From NCBI GenBank assembly GCA_038238245.1, contig JBBRXX010000003.1, positions 21,486-85,485 of the forward strand: DNA of 64,000 nt. Reading direction: 5' to 3'. The stretch's first letter is position 1, and each line of letters opens with the position of its first letter. The notes below the pieces were generated by a model, which did no database searches, was not told the DNA's origin, and was given only the letters and a program-made list of their open reading frames with translations. This DNA is from Acidimicrobiia bacterium. GTDB taxonomy: Bacteria > Actinomycetota > Acidimicrobiia > IMCC26256 > PALSA-610. The position numbers and the translations under genes are program-made. Below, piece by piece: positions 26,192 to 35,270 of the stretch.

Positions 26192-28162
26192 GTGGGGAAA
26201 ATTGGCAGGGATTGCTCGAGCATTGGTGCGCGGCGTGAGCGAGGCATCGCTCGTGTCGTGACTACGGCGGTGGTCGTCGCGATCGCGGCATCCACGTTGA
26301 TCTTCGTGATGCCGCAGGCACGTGCGGCGACCGAGGTCCATCTGACTGCCGCCGGCGACTACGGCGCCAGAGCGAGCACCGCGACCGTGCTCCAGAAGAT
26401 CGCCGATCTCGACCCGGATGCCCACCTGGCGCTGGGAGACCTGCGCTACGGCGACGTCGCCTCGGAGAATGCGTGGTGCAGCTACGTGAAGGCCCGGGTG
26501 GGTGAAGGCTTTCCCTTCGAGCTGATCTCGGGCAACCACGAGAGCCTCGACGAAGCAGAAGGGCTCATCAACAACTACAGCGCGTGCCTGCCGAATCAGG
26601 TCCCGGGTGTCGTCGGCACGTACGGCCGCGAGTACTACATGGACTTTCCGCAGGGCGCACCGCTTGTTCGCGTGATTCAGGCCTCGGCCACGCTGACCTT
26701 CGAGGACGGCAGGTGGGCCTATGCGCTCGGGGACGCGCACTACAACTGGGTCTCCAACGCCATCGACGATGGTCGTGCGAAGGGTGCGAAGTGGATCATC
26801 GTGACGTCGCACATTCCTTGCCTGTCGGTCGGTATCTACAACTGCCCGGCAACGGACCTCTATCGACTCTTGGCCGCGAAGAAGGTCGACCTCGTCCTGC
26901 ACGGTCATGAGCACGGGTACATGCGCACGCACCAGTTGCGCTCCGGGGTCGCGGGCTGCACCACGATTCCGTCAGGGACCTTCAACCCTGCGTGTGTCGC
27001 GGATTCCGACAACGCGTACGTCGCCGGGGCGGGTTCGGTCTTCGCGACCGTCGGCACCGGAGGAACGGCCCTCAGGGATGTCAACGCGGCCGATACGGAG
27101 GCCGGATATTTTGCGGCGTTCGAAGGGCTCAATTCCAACCCGACCTATGGCTTGCTCGACCTGTCGATCACCGACTCGCAGTTGACCGCGCAGTTCGTTC
27201 CCACGTCGGGAGGGACCTTCTCCGATTCGTTCACCATCACCAAGGGCGCGCCGCCGGAGAACCAGCCGCCGGTCGCAGCGTTCACCACACAGGTCCAGGA
27301 CCGCACGTTGACCGTCGATGGCTCCACCTCGTCGGACGCGGACGGCACCATCGCCACCTACGACTGGGACTTCGGTGACGGGTCCGTCGCGACCGGGCGT
27401 AACCCCGCCGCGCACGTCTACGCCGTGGCCGGGACCTACCAGGTCACGCTGACCGTCCACGACGACCAGGGGGCGATCAACAGCACGACGAAGTCGGTGA
27501 CCGTCACCGATCCGGTCCCGCCGAACAAGTTGGCGGAGGATCTGTTCGCGCGCACGCTCGCGTCGGGTTGGGGTTCTGCTCCGCTCGGAGGCGCGTGGAC
27601 GGTTTCCACGGCATCCGCCTTCTCGGTCAACGGGGCGGAAGGATCGATCTCCTCGAACGCAGGGGGCGGACGCAACGCGTACCTGCGCAGCATCTCGAGC
27701 AACACCACCGACGTCGTCTTCACGATGGGCAGCAACAAGGTCGTGACGGGGAGTGGTCTGTACGTGAGTGCGGTGGGTCGGTCCGTCACCGGCGCCGGCG
27801 ACTACCGATCGGTCGTGCGTTTCATGGCCGACGGGAGGGTGTCGGTCCGGCTGGGCCGCACGACGGCTGACGGTACCGAAACCGTCCTGAGGCCCGAGAC
27901 CATCGTGGCCGGCCTCACGTACGGCGCTTCGGACAAGCTGCAGACGCGCGTCCAGGTCACGGGAACGAATCCCACCACGGTGCGAACGAAGGTGTGGAAG
28001 GTCGGTGCATCCGAACCTGCCGCGTGGACGCTGACCACCACCGACGCAACCGCGAACCTGCAAGCAGCCGGGGTGACAGGCCTCGTGACCTACTTGTCGA
28101 GCAGTGCCACCAACACGCCGATCGTCTTGTCGGTGGACAACTACGTCGTGACGAAGCCGTGA
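26192..28162 (+). CDS. Secreted metallophosphoesterase (calcineurin-like) with PKD domain and C-terminal beta-rich domain
   Basis: GDLRYGD, GNHE, GHEHGY metallophosphatase motifs; PKD signature WDFGDGS; signal peptide VVVAIAASTLIFVMPQARAA. First ~22 codons have low GC3; GTG 26258 may be the true start. Confidence 0.8.
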   Translation: MGKIGRDCSSIGARRERGIARVVTTAVVVAIAASTLIFVMPQARAATEVHLTAAGDYGARASTATVLQKIADLDPDAHLALGDLRYGDVASENAWCSYVKARVGEGFPFELISGNHESLDEAEGLINNYSACLPNQVPGVVGTYGREYYMDFPQGAPLVRVIQASATLTFEDGRWAYALGDAHYNWVSNAIDDGRAKGAKWIIVTSHIPCLSVGIYNCPATDLYRLLAAKKVDLVLHGHEHGYMRTHQLRSGVAGCTTIPSGTFNPACVADSDNAYVAGAGSVFATVGTGGTALRDVNAADTEAGYFAAFEGLNSNPTYGLLDLSITDSQLTAQFVPTSGGTFSDSFTITKGAPPENQPPVAAFTTQVQDRTLTVDGSTSSDADGTIATYDWDFGDGSVATGRNPAAHVYAVAGTYQVTLTVHDDQGAINSTTKSVTVTDPVPPNKLAEDLFARTLASGWGSAPLGGAWTVSTASAFSVNGAEGSISSNAGGGRNAYLRSISSNTTDVVFTMGSNKVVTGSGLYVSAVGRSVTGAGDYRSVVRFMADGRVSVRLGRTTADGTETVLRPETIVAGLTYGASDKLQTRVQVTGTNPTTVRTKVWKVGASEPAAWTLTTTDATANLQAAGVTGLVTYLSSSATNTPIVLSVDNYVVTKP

Positions 28163-28223
28163 CCACCCCCAAGGCGCGCTGACCTGGGTTGCCATTGTCG
28201 GCCCACGCGACCCGCACTCGGAT

Positions 28224-29231
28224 TTGGCCGGCAGTCGGCCGGACCGACCATTCTTAGCGTGCTCATCGTCAAGCTGGGGTCACCGCGTGGACGTGCAACG
28301 GATCCGAGAGCTCTTTCCGGTCGACGAATCCGTCGTCTCAGCGTTGCGCGACGACGATGCGATCAGATCGCAAGGGAGATATCACGCGTGGGTACAGGCG
28401 ATGGGTGGTGAGCAGCGCTTCCCCGTCGAGTTCCTGTTGCCACGTATCCACCGAACCATTCGTGAAGAGTGGCCGCCGTTCATCTCACGTCGGCGCGGAC
28501 ATGTCGACATGTCGCCGGACGACCTTCGCGCCGTCGTAGAAGGTCTCGGCCCTTGGAACATTCCCCTGCGGATCGCGGAAGGTGTCAGCACGATGCCCGA
28601 TGCCACGTTGCTTGCCGCCGCCGTCGTGACGAGCCGGCTCCTCTTTCGCCGGGACTTGATCGCCGGCACCATCGCAGCGGTGCTCGGCGCCGACGCATCG
28701 CGCACCACCGTCTTGGACATCGGTTGCGCGAGCGGCTTCTTCAGCATGGATCTTGCCGACCGCGGCGTGGGCGAGGTGCAGGGCATCGACCTCCGGCCGG
28801 CCAACGTCGCGCAGGCAAAATTCCTCGCCGAACACTACGGAGTCGACCGGGTCAACTTCGACGTGAGTGATGCCGACGCACTTGGCACCGACAAGACGTG
28901 GGACGTCGTCATGAACCTCGGCGTTTTGTACCACGTCGTCAACCCGCTGCAGTTCATCCGCCAGACCTACGAACTCTGCAATCGGTTCGCGATCATCGAC
29001 ACCGTGTGTCATCGCGAACCTGTCTCGGGCTATTTCATCTTCGGCGACAAGGACGTCGCCGAATTCACCGAAGGCCGCGAGATCTACGAGCTGCACCCTA
29101 CGTACCGCGGCGTGATCGACACGATCCGGTACGCCGGCTTCCGCGAAGTGTTCGAGGTGGTGGGCGACGCCGAAAGACCTCACCCGCTGTACGAGAACGG
29201 CGGAAGAAGGTGCTTCCTCGCGGTCAAGTAG
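28224..29231 (+). CDS. Class I SAM-dependent methyltransferase (CmoB/DUF1698-like architecture)
   Basis: VLDIGCASGFFS (motif I), MNLGVLYHV; start possibly GTG near 28287. Confidence 0.7.
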   Translation: MAGSRPDRPFLACSSSSWGHRVDVQRIRELFPVDESVVSALRDDDAIRSQGRYHAWVQAMGGEQRFPVEFLLPRIHRTIREEWPPFISRRRGHVDMSPDDLRAVVEGLGPWNIPLRIAEGVSTMPDATLLAAAVVTSRLLFRRDLIAGTIAAVLGADASRTTVLDIGCASGFFSMDLADRGVGEVQGIDLRPANVAQAKFLAEHYGVDRVNFDVSDADALGTDKTWDVVMNLGVLYHVVNPLQFIRQTYELCNRFAIIDTVCHREPVSGYFIFGDKDVAEFTEGREIYELHPTYRGVIDTIRYAGFREVFEVVGDAERPHPLYENGGRRCFLAVK

Positions 29232-29251
29232 TTGGACGACTCACCGCGCGC

Positions 29252-31324
29252 TCATCCGAGCACATGCGTTCGTCGCAGGAGGTTGTCGACCTCAGCGGCT
29301 CGCGACCGGGCGAAGGTAGCCGTGAGGTGATTCACGTCGCGCTTGACGATGATGTCGTCAACGATCGGGTCACACGTGGGCAGGCGTGGACACACGACCC
29401 GATCGAGGTCCAGCGTCACGATTTGTGGCGGCGAGGCACTCTGCCGGAAGAACTGCTCGAGAGGTGTCGGGCCCCGACTGGCTTGATACGTGCAGCGCGA
29501 GCGCCCTTCGGAGATGCAAGACAGCGGGTCGAAGGGATCAGGTGGTCGCGGCGTCGGTTCGATGATCACGATTCTTCTTCCCGCCGTCATCAGGGCGCGA
29601 AGGCTGTCCGCCGAACGCGCTTGGAGGAACGGCTCGAATTGCTCCGAGCGAGCATCGACGACGCGGCCGTCTGGCCCGAGGAAACGGTTTGAACGTATGG
29701 GATCGTCGTACGGGGCTTGCGCAAGCACCACGATGTCGGGTGCGTACTGCGGGACGACACGGTCGTACCAATCTTTCTGATGGGCGTCGCATTGCCGCGT
29801 GACTACGGCAGCCCCGGCGTACTGCAGCCCGCGTTGCCACGGACAGCCCGGGTAGATCGCGACCGAGAGCTGGAACGACTCGCGCTTCGCGATCTCGGTG
29901 AACGTCGGGAGCCACATCCGGGCGATGCTGTCGCCGACCAGTAAGACGCGACGACCGCCGCCGCGAACGGCCGCGCAACGATCGATCGGTGCGTGGAGGC
30001 AGTCGGGAAGCTTCGGGACGTCAGCCCGTGCGGTCCGCCAATCGAGGAGACGCAGACCGGTCTTCGTGCCGGTCGAGATGGATTGCGCCGCGACCGAGGA
30101 GCTGGTGCGGTCGAGGATCGCCGGCATGACGAGAAGTCCCATGAGCGCGCTCGACACCAGGCCGACCGCGATGACCGGCAGTTTCACACGATCGAGCGGG
30201 CGCGAAGTCCGCACCGGGCGCTCGAGCAGGTGGAAGCTCAGCATTGCGAGGCCGGTTGCGCCCAGCGTCGCGAGGATGAACAGCGGCACGGGATCGATGT
30301 CGCGGTCGTGGGTGACCAAGACGACGACCGGCCAGTGCCACAGATAGGTGCCGTAGGAAACGCGGCCCAGGTAGGTGAGCGGCCGCCACGAGAGAAATCC
30401 CCGTGCCGCGCCGCCATCGGCTTCTCCCAGCGCCACGATGACCACCGCAGTGAGGACTGCCGCCACGACTCCCCGGGAGATCGGGCCGAGATCCAACGCG
30501 GCCGTCCCGGTGAACACGAGCGCGACAAGCGCGAGCGCGGCGCAAACCCGGGCCGGTCTCCGGACGCGCTCGCTTGCGTTGAACAGCTGGGGAGTCAGTG
30601 CGAGGAATGCCCCCGCAAGGAGCTGATACGCGCGCGTGTCGGTGCCGTAGTACGCGCGGTCGAGATTCGTCCGCGCGATGTAGAGCGCCTCGATCGCCGA
30701 GACAATGCCGAAGGCAAGCACGAACCCTCGCAAGACGACCCAGCGCTGCCTTCCGGCCCGCTTTGCGACGAAGTACAGGCCGCCCAGCAGCGCCGGCCAG
30801 AAGATGTAGAACTGCTCCTCGACCGCGAGGGACCAGAAATGCAGAACCGGGTTCGAGCCGACCGCCCCCGCGGCGAAGTAGTCAGTCGATTGACGAATGA
30901 AGAACCAGTTCGCGACGTACAAGAAGGCCGCGCGAAACCCACCGAGGGCGTCCTGCATCTCCGCAGGCGACGCGACGACTGAATAGGCGATCGCGGTGAC
31001 GAGCAGCGCGAGCAGCGCGGCGGGCAGCAATCGGCGCACGCGCCGCGCGTAGAAGCGTGGCCAGTTGATGCTGCCGGTCGTCCGCAGGTCACCGAGCAGG
31101 ATCGAGGTGACGAGAAACCCCGACAACACATAGAAGACGTCGACGCCGATGAACCCGCCGCGGAACCAGCCCAGGCGCGAGTGAAACGCGACCACCAGGT
31201 ACACCGCCACCGCTCTGAGCCCGTCGAGCTCAGGCCGATACTTGAAGGCCGACTCATGCGAACGCGCGTCGGGCGAGATCTCTCGCCGCGGCCCGTCGGT
31301 AGCCCCAATTGTCGGTGTCGCCAT
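29252..31324 (-). CDS. Acyltransferase family 3 membrane protein with C-terminal SGNH hydrolase domain (OatA/OafA-type O-acyltransferase)
   Basis: LDGLRAVAVYLVVAFH, VDVFYVLSGFLVT; ten TM helices then an SGNH-like region. Start ATG 31324. Confidence 0.85.
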   Translation of the reverse strand: MATPTIGATDGPRREISPDARSHESAFKYRPELDGLRAVAVYLVVAFHSRLGWFRGGFIGVDVFYVLSGFLVTSILLGDLRTTGSINWPRFYARRVRRLLPAALLALLVTAIAYSVVASPAEMQDALGGFRAAFLYVANWFFIRQSTDYFAAGAVGSNPVLHFWSLAVEEQFYIFWPALLGGLYFVAKRAGRQRWVVLRGFVLAFGIVSAIEALYIARTNLDRAYYGTDTRAYQLLAGAFLALTPQLFNASERVRRPARVCAALALVALVFTGTAALDLGPISRGVVAAVLTAVVIVALGEADGGAARGFLSWRPLTYLGRVSYGTYLWHWPVVVLVTHDRDIDPVPLFILATLGATGLAMLSFHLLERPVRTSRPLDRVKLPVIAVGLVSSALMGLLVMPAILDRTSSSVAAQSISTGTKTGLRLLDWRTARADVPKLPDCLHAPIDRCAAVRGGGRRVLLVGDSIARMWLPTFTEIAKRESFQLSVAIYPGCPWQRGLQYAGAAVVTRQCDAHQKDWYDRVVPQYAPDIVVLAQAPYDDPIRSNRFLGPDGRVVDARSEQFEPFLQARSADSLRALMTAGRRIVIIEPTPRPPDPFDPLSCISEGRSRCTYQASRGPTPLEQFFRQSASPPQIVTLDLDRVVCPRLPTCDPIVDDIIVKRDVNHLTATFARSRAAEVDNLLRRTHVLG

Positions 31325-31388
31325 CTGGGGACCGCCCCGTTGTACGCGAACGGGGGAGAGGTGCTTCTTCGCGATTAGGGAGTCGGGC

Positions 31389-32639
31389 TCATGGCGAGGT
31401 TGGCGGGGGTGTCGTGCCCGTTCCGCCGCTTCCACTGGTCGGCAGCGGGATGAGCGGTGTGAGGTTCTTGTCGAACGGCAGGATGATCGTGCTGTTGTTC
31501 GGCGAGTTGACGAGCTGCTTCAGCGCCTGGATGTAGCTGAACTGCAGGTACGCCGGCGTCAACTGTGCTTGCGAGCACTCGGCGATCGGGTTCGGAATGA
31601 CGGTCTGCACCACCTGGCCGTCCCGCAGCGTCGTGGACGGCTTGCCGCCACACGCGAGGATCTGCTGCGAATCAGCCGTCGCCAACGCCTGGATCCTGGT
31701 GATGTCCGCGGCCTGCCTTGCCGTGAGAAGTTCGAACTTCTGCTGCTGTGCATTCTGCTGTGACGCCACCTTGTTGTTCACCGCGGTCTGCAGGCCTGTG
31801 CCGAGCGCCACTTCACGCAGCTGGAACTCCTGGAGCAGGAGGCCCTGCGGCTCGATCTTGGTCTTCATGCACTGGGCGACCTCGGACTCGAGGCGCCGCC
31901 ACGCCGTCGTCGCCGCCTCGACGATCGTGTAGAGCGTGAACTGCGTGCGAATGCACGTCCTGGCGGTCGGCCGAACGATCTGGCTCGCATACTTGGTTCC
32001 GAGGGTGCGGTACACGTCGGTCGCGCGCCTCGGGTCGAGGCGGTACAGCACGGTTGCATTCACGTTCGCGGCACCGCCGTCCGAACCCAGCACCGCAACG
32101 GAGTCATCGGCGCTCGCCGCCGCGCCCTCACCCTTGAGCGCCGACATCGTGTAGTTCTGCGTCCGCACAGACATCCCATAGGTAGTAGTGAACGGAAGCG
32201 TGATGTGGAAACCCGCCGACAACGGCTTGCTCGCGTGGCCGAGGGTTACCGGCACCGCGACCGAGCCCGGCTTGACGATGTGAATCGACGTCCACACGAA
32301 CACGATGGCGAACGCGATGGCAATCGACGTCCCGAGGCGCTTCCACGAGCGCGGCCCGATGGTGCCGTCGGGGTTGCGGGGACGCATGATGCCCAAGGTG
32401 ATCAGGACGGTGCTGATCCCGGCGCCGATCTGACGGAAGAGGAACCGCCCGAACGACGGCGCCGTCTTGGGCTCCCGGCGTTCGGAGACCAGGGCGCCGA
32501 TGGGCCGCTGTACCCGAGGTTCGCTGGTCATTCTGGGCGGCTGGTCGATCGGCGGCCCGTCGCCACCATTGCCGCCATCACTGAAGTCGTCCGTGGAACC
32601 GCTGTCCGGCATCGGCGCATCGTAACGAATATCGACCAA
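31389..32639 (-). CDS. SPFH/band-7 domain membrane protein
   Basis: TM anchor, then an SPFH-like core, then a Gln/Ala-rich coiled region and Pro/Thr-rich tail. Confidence 0.7.
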   Translation of the reverse strand: MVDIRYDAPMPDSGSTDDFSDGGNGGDGPPIDQPPRMTSEPRVQRPIGALVSERREPKTAPSFGRFLFRQIGAGISTVLITLGIMRPRNPDGTIGPRSWKRLGTSIAIAFAIVFVWTSIHIVKPGSVAVPVTLGHASKPLSAGFHITLPFTTTYGMSVRTQNYTMSALKGEGAAASADDSVAVLGSDGGAANVNATVLYRLDPRRATDVYRTLGTKYASQIVRPTARTCIRTQFTLYTIVEAATTAWRRLESEVAQCMKTKIEPQGLLLQEFQLREVALGTGLQTAVNNKVASQQNAQQQKFELLTARQAADITRIQALATADSQQILACGGKPSTTLRDGQVVQTVIPNPIAECSQAQLTPAYLQFSYIQALKQLVNSPNNSTIILPFDKNLTPLIPLPTSGSGGTGTTPPPTSP

Positions 32640-32684
32640 CGCGTACCGTCGTCCCCGTCGGCCGCCCGTCCCTGTACCCGCCCT

Positions 32685-33581
32685 CTATTTGGCACTCCAA
32701 CGCGCGCGGAACGCAGCGAGCTCGTCCGGTGCGTAGAAATGCCGTGCGTACGCAGTCGCGTACGCACGTTCGAGCACGGCGTCGGGCAGGGACACTTCAC
32801 GAAGGAACGAGCGGTACGCGGCGGCGTACTCCAAGGCCTCGGCGTCGTTGCGGCGCGCGATCGGTACGGTCGCCGGGAGGCGGAGGAACTCACGCAGCGC
32901 TTCCGGTGCGCGGTCGAGATCCTCCTGCCGCGCGAGCAGCACGCGAACGGCGGGCGTGTCGATTGTCGAGAAGCCGGCCGATGGGTCGAACGGGTACGCG
33001 AACACGTCGACGCCGAGCGTTGGCAGGAATTCCCGTTCGAACCAACGCATCGGCATGCGGAGCCAATCCTCGGCGAGTATGCGCTCGGTCAACGCCGCGA
33101 CATCCTGGTGGTCCTGCAGCGTGCCGCTGCGCCGGCCGCCGTGGAAGAACGCGGACACGGCCTGGGCGACCGGCTCGCGCACGGTCGTGATGACATCCCA
33201 CGGCTTCTGCGGCGTGGGCATGTGCCGGAGGAGGAATTCCGTCTCCCAGAGGTGAAGCGCTCCGGGGAACCGCACAGTCGACGCATCCTTACGACCACGT
33301 TTCGCATCGCGGTGCGATGCGCGGTAGCGCTTCTCGGCGCCGGCGAGCTCGGCCGCGTTGAGCCGGAAGACCTGAAATGCGCGTCGACCCGTCGCGTCCG
33401 AGACGGCGCGCGCGATTGCAGTGCTTCCGGTCTTGCCCATCGTGAAGACGACGATTCGCCGGTCGGCATCACCGCGCATCTGCCACATGGCGTAGCGCTT
33501 CGAGATCGCGTAGCTCCGCCCCGCGATACTTCGAGCTGCATCGTGCGCCCGGCGCCGAGCGCGGATCGAGGGTGGCGCCAT
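32685..33581 (-). CDS. Sulfotransferase-family protein (Stf0-like, P-loop type)
   Basis: IVVFTMGKTGSTAIARAV resembles the PAPS 5'-phosphosulfate-binding loop of Stf0-type sulfotransferases. Confidence 0.55.
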   Translation of the reverse strand: MAPPSIRARRRAHDAARSIAGRSYAISKRYAMWQMRGDADRRIVVFTMGKTGSTAIARAVSDATGRRAFQVFRLNAAELAGAEKRYRASHRDAKRGRKDASTVRFPGALHLWETEFLLRHMPTPQKPWDVITTVREPVAQAVSAFFHGGRRSGTLQDHQDVAALTERILAEDWLRMPMRWFEREFLPTLGVDVFAYPFDPSAGFSTIDTPAVRVLLARQEDLDRAPEALREFLRLPATVPIARRNDAEALEYAAAYRSFLREVSLPDAVLERAYATAYARHFYAPDELAAFRARWSAK

Positions 33582-33591
33582 GTTCGCGTCC

Positions 33592-34419
33592 CTAGACGTC
33601 TTCGAGCGCTGCCGCGTCCGTGTCCTCGATGTCCTCTTCCGCGAAATACGCCTCGACCGCTTCGGACGCGGGGGCGTCCATGCGGAGCTCGCCGCGGTCG
33701 AGCCAGATGCAATGCTCCGCGAGCAGCCTCACCACCTCGAGTCCGTGCGACACGATCAACACCGTGCAGTCCCGCTCGCAGAGCTCACGGATCTTTTCCA
33801 TGCATCTCAGCTTGAACGCGGCGTCACCGGCGGAGAGCGCCTCGTCGATCAGCAGGATCTCCGGGTTCAGGTGCACGGCGACCGCGAACGCGAGGCGGCC
33901 GAACATGCCCGACGAGTACGTGCGCATCGGGAAGTCGATGGCGCCACCGAGCCCTGCGAACTCCTCGATCTCGTCCTCGTGGACCCGCACCTCGTCGCCG
34001 GCGAGACCGACGGTCAATCCTCCGAGGAGGATGTTCTCTCTTCCGGTGAGCTCACGGTTGAATCCGATGCCGAGCGACAGCAGCGGCGTGACGTGGCCCC
34101 ACACCGCGACCCGCCCCGCCGTAGGCGGCAGGATGCCGGCGATGCAGCGCAGCAGTGTGGTCTTGCCGGCGCCGTTGCGGCCGATGATCCCGTACACGGC
34201 GCCCGACGGCACCTCGAAGCTCACGCCGCGCAACGCCTCGACGAGCATCGCCTGCTTGCGCTCGCTGCGGCGATGCAAGCCGACGAGCCGGTTTCTCAGG
34301 GTCGGGCGTCCCTCTCGGTTGGCGCGAAAGGTCACCCAGAGGTCGTCGACCCATATCGCCGGAGGACGATCAGAGCCGGACGGCAAATTCCCGCTCCTTC
34401 GCAAGGAAGATGAGTGCAC
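33592..34419 (-). CDS. Polysaccharide ABC exporter ATP-binding protein (Wzt/TagH-like)
   Basis: Walker A GRNGAGKTT, signature YSSGM, Walker B LLIDEA. Confidence 0.85.
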   Translation of the reverse strand: MHSSSLRRSGNLPSGSDRPPAIWVDDLWVTFRANREGRPTLRNRLVGLHRRSERKQAMLVEALRGVSFEVPSGAVYGIIGRNGAGKTTLLRCIAGILPPTAGRVAVWGHVTPLLSLGIGFNRELTGRENILLGGLTVGLAGDEVRVHEDEIEEFAGLGGAIDFPMRTYSSGMFGRLAFAVAVHLNPEILLIDEALSAGDAAFKLRCMEKIRELCERDCTVLIVSHGLEVVRLLAEHCIWLDRGELRMDAPASEAVEAYFAEEDIEDTDAAALEDV

Positions 34420-35218
34420 CGACGACGAAGATGCCGACCGCCCACGCGGCGGCCGCGAGCAAGTTTCCCGAAGAAGGGAACTGCGCGTTGAAGATCTGCT
34501 CGAGAGCCCCGAAGAACGGGTAGAGCGGATTCCACTGCAGGTACACCTTGAGGTTCGCCGGGATCTCCTTCGTCGAGTACAGCACCGGTGTCATGTACAG
34601 CCAGAGTCTGTTGAGGTACGGCAGAAAGTTCGCCGTGTCTCGAAAGAACACGTTGGCGGCGGCCATGATGAAGATGACGCCCAGATTGAAGACGGTCAGG
34701 AGCGGCACCACGAGCAGCAGGCTCAGCAGGGAAAGGCCGAACGGCTGGCCGAGAATGGCATGGAAGATTCCGTAGATGGCCAGCGTCGGCAGGAAATCGA
34801 GAATGCTTTTCACGATCGCGACGAGCGGGAGCACGGCGCGCGGAAACGACGCGTTGAGGACCAAGCCCCTCCCGCTGATGAGCGAGCGCGCGCCATAGCT
34901 CATCGAGTTGTTCGTGAAGGTGAAGAAGAAGACGCCCCAGATCAGGTGCGACAGGATGAGGGCGCGGGTGTCGCCGGTGCCGGCCGACTTCACGACGGAG
35001 CGGAAGAAGAAGTACACGCCGGCCGACAGCAACGGATCGAGGATGATCCACGCCTGTCCGATGACCGTCCCGTAGTTCTTCGACTTGAGGTCGGTGCGGG
35101 CGAGGTGCCAGATGAAACGGCGCCGTACACGCAGGTCGTGGAGGTAACGCCGCATCGGCGGAAGACCGGACTCGGTCGCCTCGTAGACCGATGGCATGCG
35201 GATGGAGGACGCCGACAT
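34370..35218 (-). CDS. ABC-2 type polysaccharide exporter permease (Wzm-like)
   Basis: Six TM helices and the ABC-2 signature region; start uncertain (MSASSIR 35218 or MPSVYEAT 35197). Confidence 0.8.
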   Translation of the reverse strand: MSASSIRMPSVYEATESGLPPMRRYLHDLRVRRRFIWHLARTDLKSKNYGTVIGQAWIILDPLLSAGVYFFFRSVVKSAGTGDTRALILSHLIWGVFFFTFTNNSMSYGARSLISGRGLVLNASFPRAVLPLVAIVKSILDFLPTLAIYGIFHAILGQPFGLSLLSLLLVVPLLTVFNLGVIFIMAAANVFFRDTANFLPYLNRLWLYMTPVLYSTKEIPANLKVYLQWNPLYPFFGALEQIFNAQFPSSGNLLAAAAWAVGIFVVGALIFLAKEREFAVRL

Positions 35219-35270
35219 GGATTCCCGGTGCTGCCTCGAGCGAAATTCTGGGAGCGATTGCTCCGGCATC

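Noticed and set aside
26158-26260. 26-codon mini-ORF MATVCSLGEGQRGENWQGLLEHWCAA with AAGGA SD, and the first 22 codons of the metallophosphoesterase ORF (MGKIGRDCSSIGARRERGIARV)
   Set aside because: Both frames here have low GC3 (AAA, ATT, ACA, GTT codons), unlike genuine coding in this genome. More likely an untranslated leader, with the enzyme starting at GTG 26258. A leader peptide cannot be fully excluded.
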